Source: Chrysomallon squamiferum
Taxonomy: Eukaryota > Animalia > Mollusca
Direction of reading: 5' to 3'
Length of the DNA: 64,000 nt
NCBI GenBank assembly: GCA_012295275.1
Contig: CM022665.1
Span: 3,038,001 to 3,102,000, forward strand
Of this stretch, positions 55,387 through 64,000 are shown in pieces. The position numbers and the translations under genes are program-made. The notes beneath the pieces were generated by a model. It was not told where the DNA came from. It was given only the letters and a program-made list of their open reading frames with translations, and searched no databases. How positions within the stretch are numbered: position 1 is the stretch's first letter; each line of letters opens with the position of its first letter.

Positions 55387-56635
55387 AAAACTCGCCGCAG
55401 GCAGAAATAAGACACTGAGTTGATTAACACATACTTCCAGTTAGAGATGCGAAATTACAGTTCAGATAGGTTTGTGTATTAGATACACATTTAAAACTCC
55501 AGTTTACAGACTGCCTTCATTGTTATTACTTGAACCTGGGTAATAATTAATTTATACATTTTCACTTTGAAGATGAGAAAGTAGCGTTAGTAGCAGTAGT
55601 CATAGTAGTAAAAATAAATTTGATAAATTAGAAAGAAAAGAAATTCAACAAGTTTTTGAGATTTATTTTCTCCAGCGGATGATTAATTTGAACTTCACGA
55701 TTTAATTATCGTAACAAATTAAATTAAATTAAAATGGAAAAAAAAAAAAAAAAAAACGAAAAAAAAACACACAAAAACTGTCAACCGTTCATATAAAGTA
55801 ACTTTATTGCCGCATCATTTGAAAGAAGTTCTTGTAAAATCTACAACAATTTGTTAACTGCTGCTTTTAGGTGTTTATATCCACTGATTTTTTTTTCCAC
55901 TGTGCGTGTTACGTGTATTGTCAGGGTTTTTTTTGGGGGGGTTCGGGGAGGGGTTGTTGTTTTTGGAATTCTTTTTTTTTCTCATTGATACACATTTATT
56001 ATTTTTTTATTATTATTTTGTTTGTATGCGTTTACTATATTTCAATCGGAAATATGTTTGTAATAAAGGAAGAAAAAAAAAATTGAAGTCATAAATCTTT
56101 GAGGGAGATCTCTGTAACTGCACTGTCAGTCGGTTGATCCCCAGCGTTAATAAATATTGTCCAAAACTAAAACCTGTCAGCGTCTTCTTTCAGCGGAATG
56201 GTTTTATTTACAAACTTTCTGTGACAGCGAGCATCAACTGTTGAAATAATGAAATATTAAAATCGAAATTTATTGACGAAAACCATCTCTGATACTAATA
56301 ATTCAAGACTATCCGCAAACCCCCTTGCATTCCAAACAGTTGCCGTTTCATTTCCGCTAAAATGGTCCACTCAGAAATTCGGAATTCGTTATTTATTTCC
56401 ATATCGTGTGTGCTGTTCAGGCTTTTTAGTGACATTATTTATTGCCAGTATCGTACATGGCTTGTCAGAGTTGTAGACAGAGCCATTTGTCTGAAATTTG
56501 TTTGTCTTTTGACAAACCGGCATCTGTTCTTTTCGTTTCTTATTTATTTAAACAAAAAGCACTGTAGTAATAAAATGTAATCATTTTTTATTTTTTTTAT
56601 TTACTTCTTGATGACATAGCTTGAGAAAGTTTTTC

Positions 56636-56682
<47 letters not shown>

Positions 56683-59600
56683 TTGACGGTTTTGAACGAA
56701 TGAAATTTCTATTAAAAACTGACAGGCATTCCTGTTTCATTAACATTAAATTAATATATTTATTTAATAATAACACCACACACACACGAGGTAAAATAAA
56801 TAAATAAGCGAGGTGGGGGGGGGAATAAACGAACAAAAAACCCAGTAATAATTATTAGGATTGTATACTTAAAGCAGAAACAAGAGATACATAAGTATAT
56901 ATAAGTGATATGGTTTGTTACAGCTTATTAATAACATTAATAAAAATTAAGTAAAAAGTAATAATTGTTTATATCAAAATCGTCCTCACAACAATACTCG
57001 TCATTGTGAAGACATTTTTTTTTTAAAAGGGGAAAAAAAAAATCTAAAAAACTGTAAACTTCTTAAAGAGTGCAAATTTAAATTGTTTGTGTCAACAACT
57101 ATGAACTAGGGAACTCGGCAAAATGTGGGCAAGAGTGGCTATCTGGACTTTCAGCCTACTTGTTGTTTGTTTTTTAAAGGCGTGCACGAATAAGATTTGC
57201 TCACCTTTTGTGCCACAGGTCGCAGGATCAAGCATCGTTATCCGCATTACGTAACGGACACAGCATTGTTTCAGGTTTCAGTTAACCTTCCCTTTCAAAC
57301 TAAAACGACTTTTTAAAATTCTTATGTGATGGTTTAAAGAGGATATTTCTTTATAAGCTCTCACATTTGAAGATTAAAGTCTCTTAAACTATAAAATGTT
57401 TTATGTACGCGACCGTTTAATAATAATATACAGTACACATTTCACCAGATTAATACGAGATATTACATTAAAAACGGAATAAATGATTGATAAAAAAAAA
57501 TTGATAAAAATAATAATAATAATAAAATAAAAATAAAAAAATAAAAAAATTTGTAATCTTCAGGAAGCTAAACGTGTGTAGGGTTATAGAGAAAAAAAAA
57601 AAAAAATTATCTTCATTTCGATGTTTTTGGAATCCAATTCTGAATGCAATTTCGTCGAACGCGTTTCCGTCTAATAATTGATATCGAGAGATGTTTCTGC
57701 TAATCACCGAGATGAGCGGTGAGTGAAAAGGCACACAGAGACGGCGGACAACCTTGTGGGTGACAATCGTCTGCGGCGTTGCCGGCATTCCGAAGACGTG
57801 GCGCAGCGAGTGAAAGTAAATGTCGACAACAGAACACATCCCTTGAGCAACCAGCGTGTTTGTTTAAGGTGAAACAATAGGGGGGAAATGATAAACGTTG
57901 TGTTTACCCTACATGCTGTGTTTGACAAGACTCGCAGGAGAGCACGCCACTATTTAGACTTTCCACTTTGTTTCATCTAGTTTCTAATATTTGCCTTATG
58001 CCCGTCCTGCTACAATAACACTCTTCATGCGAGCCGAGCGAACCGTGCAGAAGTGTTTAATGTCGAAAACAATTTACAGTGTGCTCAGACAATGGAAGAT
58101 CATTTGGTTGTCACATAAGAAAGAAAAAAAAAAATAAAAAAAAAAATGTAGGGAGCTGTGGGAAAATGCTCAGTTTGACAGATCTGCAAAGCAGTTCCAA
58201 GAACTATTATGTATAAGGAAAAAAAAGATTGGTTCAGAAATGAAGTGGTGGAAATACCTGTGTCATCCGGAGTTATTGATACAACCGCCGCTAAAGTTTG
58301 TCTTGGAATGAAAGTAGATTAACTTTAATTTCAAATAAGACTCGTTCTGCATTACATTTGGTTTTATCCAAGGTCTGTGATTTTACAGTTGCTGATTTTG
58401 TTTTATTTTATTGTTTCTTTCCTCTCGGCATTCCAGGCATGAAAATATCGGACAATAGGCTATTGTCTTTAGTGCTTGACCTTGATTTCAATTCAGTTTC
58501 TCTTTGATTTTAAATGTAACTTTCTCTGCGGATAACAGAATATTAGAAGAATTTTCATCGTAGGATACGAGTTGAATTGCGCTCGCCTTCTGATTAAATA
58601 AATAACGTTATTTCTTTTACTTGCTTCTTCAAACAGCAAAAGTCTTAACATTGGCAAGTATGGCGTCTCTTCCTGGTTCAGTCTCTTACTAGTTAAAGAT
58701 ATATGAACCTATGTAACCACTGTTATCCGTAATTGTTAAACATATCTGTCTTAGATACAACTTCACGCCAGAAATGTCTGCCCACGACAGGTGTGTTTTA
58801 CAATGTTTTTAGTTTTCAACTGTTATACGTTATACGTAATGAATTTTGTCAAAAATTAAATGAACTACTGTCAGCTATATTCCGAATAAATCAGTTTAAC
58901 ACCAAATTATTAAATAATAATAACAATAATAATAGTAATAAAACTGGATTGAGAAATAGACGGGAAAGTAGAACGTACAAAGTTTATCTAAGTTGGATAT
59001 ATAATTTTATGATTGCAGGTTGTTGTTTTTGGTGTGGTTTTTTTCTGGTTTCGATATATTAGATTGGAGCACGTGGACAACAAAATAAATAAATAAGAAT
59101 AAATAATATAAACTAATGAAGTAATATAACCTTTGGTCTTTAACCTTTTTACTTCCCACTGTTTTTATTTATTGGGCGGATGTGTTTTCGTTTTGTTAAA
59201 CCGCCGAAAGATTAATAAGCCTATTGCTGTACAACAAAATGTACGCAACAACTGTTTCGCAGTTCATCGCGAGTTTATGCAAAAGCTTTAAATTCTTTGT
59301 TGAGAAGTCGTGGTACGGTTTTTTTAAATAAAAATATGTACAAAACATGCCCAAGCTATCCAGTCCAAATGTTTGGATAAACAACAAAGTAAGAATGTGA
59401 CCCCTGCTTGTGTCTCGGAGGTTTACCTAACATGTCACAAGCTGCCCGCTACAAGATACCATGGTGCGCTCTGTAATAAGGACAGAAATAATTACACGGA
59501 ATTTTGTTGTTGACTTCCATTATAAATTTTTGCGAGGCCTCGTCTGGGTGAGAAAACGAACTCGATTTTATCAAAGTTCAAAAGCAGTCTAAAGTCTGAC

Positions 59601-61277
59601 TCAGAATAACAGACACTGCTGTGTTAAGAGGTCTGTTTATCTGTATACGCATTAGAACTGTCTTTTGAATATCTTGCTAACGAATAACAATAGACAAAAC
59701 AAACAAAATCTAATTTTGTTTCAGTTCAGTTGAATGAAGTGGGATAGTCCAGCCATTTTAAACAAATGTAAATTGATAACTTTCTAATTTTTACTTTATA
59801 CCATCAACAAATGTTTGTTATTATTATCTTAATATAATATTTCCCAATTTCTGTGGTCTGTGAAATGTACGTGTATATTTTTCTGATTAACCCGTCATAC
59901 AACATATGCTGCTAAATTGGATTTTTGCCATTAAATATCAGACTTAAATGGTTTGATATTCATTTCTTCAAAGCGGTTTTTTTTTTTTTTTTTTTCTCTC
60001 TTTTCTCAGATGGGAATGCAGCAGATACTGTGTCTTAAAATTATAAAAAATAGAAATATATACATCTTTTTTTTTTTTTTTTTTTTTTTATTAAAAGCAC
60101 CGGAAAATCTGGAAAAACCTGTAAAAAAGCGTAAGAACAAGTGATGTTTAGACTTGTCGTCACTCCAGACTGGACCGCGTTGTTTGCTACATCGCTTGGC
60201 GTGGTTCAGAGGAATCATGAATGTTTACTGAAATAACATGATAAACATGGGCTTTTTTTTAAATTTTTACTCTCTACCGATGATTTCAGTATTTTTGAGG
60301 AAGGTTTCTTCTAGAAAAAAAAAAAAAATAACTTGTGTAAACAGAAACCAAGACGCTACACTTCTGACAGACAGTCCGCACCTTTCTTCATTACTCAGTT
60401 TTTCATTGGTTAACCGTTATAGACAGCCATGTTCAATTCATGGAATAATTTCCTTGCCAAAAATGATTAACACTCTGCAAGCTGAGATAACCAAGCCCAT
60501 GGTGTGTGTGTCTGTGTGGGTGCCTGTCTTATGTGTTGTTGGATATTAGTTAAATAAATAAATCTGAGCGTTTTATTAACTAAGTTTTATTTTCGAAATG
60601 ATATTTTTATTTTTCCTTTCTAATACTGGTAATGTGCAATTAATGATAAATGAGTGTATACATGTTTTTTGTGCTCTGAGACTGATGGTATCGCGTCTAT
60701 TTTTAGCTCCTGTTAGATTAAAGATGTTAGAACACGAGACATTCTATTATTAATTCATTACTTACATATAAGCGGTATTCAGAGATAGAAACAAACCGCC
60801 AAAGCGACTTTGAGATGAGAGACGAGATAGCAGCAAGGTGTGGGTAACATATCACAAGGAACATTTTGAAGTGATACCGTAAAAGACCAGACGCGTTAAA
60901 ATGTCACGTTCAAAATTTACTTATTTATAATATTTATTAATTATTATTAGTGGTTCTTTTTATATCATCATCACCACTTTAAGCCTTCTGTTTGTTACAT
61001 TATTTGGCGGTTTGCTGTAGATTTTTTTATTATTATTATTTATTTGTTTAAAATAATTTAACCGTTTAGACAAATTTCTTTGAATTCTCAATTTATATTC
61101 TCGTAACAATAAGACAACAGATTCTGAAAACTAATAGCATGTATTTGGTTAAAAACAACTTCATTATGTTATTAGCTACAAAACTGAGTAATACTAATAA
61201 CGATGATGAATTATCACGATCATGATGATGATGATGATGATGATGATATAATAATTAATAATTAAATATAAAGCAAG

Positions 61278-61310
<33 letters not shown>

Positions 61311-61498
61311 AGGTAAGAAAAACTGTAGGCCGCCTACACAAGACGTCAAACGCGTTAGGTAAGAATTGCTGGTTGTCCGACAGACAAGACACCTCCCACG
61401 TTAAACGGTTAATCATTCCGTCTGATAATGGAGTCGTGGAAGATAATTACGTTGACGAGACAATCACATAGATTGTTTAAATAAAGATTCAGTGAGAG

Positions 61499-61560
61499 GC
61501 GCGCCGCCGCTATAAACTTCCAATTAGATAAGAAACAACTTAATACCAATCAATGAGTCA
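61499..61560 (+). promoter_or_regulatory. Candidate TATA core promoter with BRE-like GC element
   Basis: gcgcgccgccgc lies directly upstream of TATAAA (61511-61516); AP-1 site TGAGTCA at about 61554. Confidence 0.3.
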
Positions 61561-61819
61561 CTTCAGCGAAACTGGCTCATTAGATCCACGCCGCTGTCTG
61601 CTGAAATCAAAACCACGGCTTGTCTGTGCCCGCCGCTCTGTGCAACAAGAATGTAATACTATTCGAGAGATTTTAATATAAAACTATATTCAACTGACTC
61701 GCTGTTATCTTCTCGAGGGGGGAAAAACTCTAATCATTTCGCGGGTTATTTCAGATAATTAGATCATTGAATGTCTGCTTTATCGAAGGCCGGATTAAGT
61801 GCTAACCTATATGCGGTAA

Positions 61820-61965
61820 GCTTCCTTGCTGCTAAAAAGAAAAAAGAGAAAATAGTTTGATACATGGTAGCATTGGGTTTCCTCTCTAATGATCGTTATT
61901 GTGTCTTAACATAAATTCGGTGCCACATACCTGTAGATTAAAATAGTGCTATATGCTTTGTTAAT
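61820..61965 (+). mobile_element. 3' half of the same SINE family
   Basis: ttccttgctgctaa (shared with 37023 and 37718), then gggtttcctctct...gtcttaacata...aaaatagtgct tail. Confidence 0.6.
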
Positions 61966-63325
61966 TTTCTCGTCTCGTTTAATGATTAGTTGCCAGATAC
62001 AGACGTACTGCATATATATGCATATGCACGCGCACACATATATACACGCACAAACATACCAGTGCAGAAAGACAATCGTAGAAACAAAAGTGCGCAGGGA
62101 CGCACATTTGTTTCCTCCATGAAATTGATTACAGAAATAAACGGGAAAGTGGAACGTACTTGGACATAATAGATTGTTAGTTTAGAATGGAAGCAGTGAC
62201 CAGAAACAGATGTCACGCTTCATGCACGAGGGAGTGAGGCGCTCATGTCCAGTGCCCACCAGACCCTTTAAAGACCGGTCAAGATGCACGCGCTCGCGTT
62301 CCTCCAGTACCCAACCCCTGTCAAACACGTGTTAAGCTGGGACTTCAAAGCGTAGATGGTTTGAAATGCAGGACATTAAATGTTGTGGAGGTACATTATC
62401 TGCAGAAGATGCTTGTTTTGACAATGATGTTTGTACCATACTTGTTGTTCACCAGCTAGTTCTGACATTTTACAATCAGCTCTTTCAGTGTTGTCTGTTA
62501 TACATCGTGTTTTAAAATAATTACAATAAAGAACGCCGTTAATTTTCATTGCTTTACCATCCTGCATATATGCCTCGATGTTGAAAGATAAGAAACTTAC
62601 TTCATTTAGCTGTATGTTATTTATGTATTAACAGTGATGATGATGGTGACGATGATGTGATGATGATGATGATGATGTAAAATTGAAAATGTGTTTTCCC
62701 TAAGATCTAACAGTGTGCATTACATATAAAATGTTCTCGTGTTACCATCATCCCTACCTCAAGGTTAACATTTCTGATATAACTTAACAAACTATTAAAT
62801 TATTCAGCCTTTTGTTTTTCCAAGCTCGCTTCAGTTTACTTTAGTATTAAAATTAATTTTTATATCAAAGTCAGATTCGGCCAAGCAGTCGGTCATTATT
62901 GTTAATAAGAAGAATTAATTCTATAAAATCATTTCATTACGTCTTCTCGATCTCATCAGACACGCCCTGCCTGCCCCCCGCCCCCCCGCTATACTTTTGT
63001 AACAAGTGCACAGATGTTGTCTGTCGTTTAGTTTACCAGGAATATCCAGACACGGGAGAACAGACGTTCATCAAGGAAGCTCCGTGTCCTCGATCAATAT
63101 ATCTGGGATGCCAAAAACAAAATTAAACAACAACCTTTGATCAAATATTTATTGCAATTGCATTATTTACTCACTTTTATTGGAGAGGCTCATTCCACCT
63201 ATTCCGCGTTAATTAAACGCCTAAACAATTTATTAATACACGCTACAACCGCACACGTCCTGTTAGGCGGCCAATTGGCGGCAATACGAAGACAGGTGTT
63301 TTTATAGACGCACAAAGATTTGCGG

Positions 63326-63388
63326 CGTGTGTTGTGTGTGTGTATTATGTGTGTGTTGTGTGTGTGTTGTGTGTGTGTTGTGTGTGTA
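63326..63388. repeat. (GTGTGTGTT)n repeat
   Basis: Direct reading; also (CTTT)n at 63796-63827 and (GAT)n at 61222-61247 and about 62634-62677. Confidence 0.9.
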
Positions 63389-63794
63389 GTTTCTTGTCAA
63401 TGTTTATATCTATTTATTAAATCTGTTGTATTTCTGTATGCTAAATTAGGAGATATCTCCTGTACGCTGTGAGAATGAAATTTGAAAACAGTAACCCACA
63501 GTTAGATGTTACACTGAGAAATGGTTCAGAAAAATGTACCATAAAAAAAAAAAAATGAATTTCATAAAATTTTATTTCATTTGAGACGCAAAATTACACC
63601 CAACAGAAACTCCAAAACTTTGAGAATACGCACAAATATTATTTTCATAATTACTGGCATTAATACTTGTTTATTCATATTATGTAAAGAAACGAAACAT
63701 TATAAAACGTTTTAATTACTCGAAATAATGCAACACCCGTAGCATTCTAACCTTTGTGTCAAACAAATAAAAATAAGAGGCTGTCTTCCTTCGC

Positions 63795-63826
<32 letters not shown>

Positions 63827-64000
63827 TAAGAAGAAGGAAAAAAAAGAGCTAATAATTTTCGAAGAACACAGTGGTGGTTTTGTAGAATCATCACTCACTT
63901 GTAACAGGTACGGTCTCTAGATTAAAGAAAACGCTTCTTCGACCGTCGGAGCACTGCGGTAACTTTGTTGCTAAATTTATCTGTAGGAAACTGTTTCTAC

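Noticed and set aside
58025-58046. miR-375-like sequence on the minus strand (acggttcgctcggctcgcatga)
   Set aside because: The 5' seed end mismatches miR-375 and no complementary arm forms a precursor hairpin.

Overview
AT-rich (roughly one third GC by eye) eukaryotic genomic DNA from an invertebrate, most likely a gastropod mollusc. That assignment is an inference from a degenerate tRNA-derived SINE I recall from gastropods and from the mosaic CpG pattern. I find no recognisable protein-coding gene, rRNA, intact tRNA, autonomous transposon or CRISPR array. The supplied ORFs are mostly microsatellite or low-complexity translations, and the rest match no domain I recognise. Four kinds of structure stand out. 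(1) CpG content switches sharply at about 39-40.4 kb, depleted to the left and retained to the right, as expected for a methylated gene body running leftward from a promoter near 40.4 kb. (2) A chain of candidate minus-strand exons (donor at 40294, 36794-36815, donor at 21549, 15311-15507, acceptor at 10372) gives only about 41-57 aa ORFs. There are also weaker candidate plus-strand exons to the right of 44.8 kb. (3) The Su(H)/CSL (RBPJ) motif CGTGGGAA occurs 7 times by my manual scan, with further YGTGRGAA sites and clusters of Hes/Hey-type bHLH sites, suggesting a Notch-regulated non-coding or regulatory locus. (4) There are several old SINE copies, one of whose 3' tails appears to have been amplified into a 37-bp minisatellite, plus many mini- and microsatellites. 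All gene-structure calls come from splice signals and composition only and need RNA evidence.
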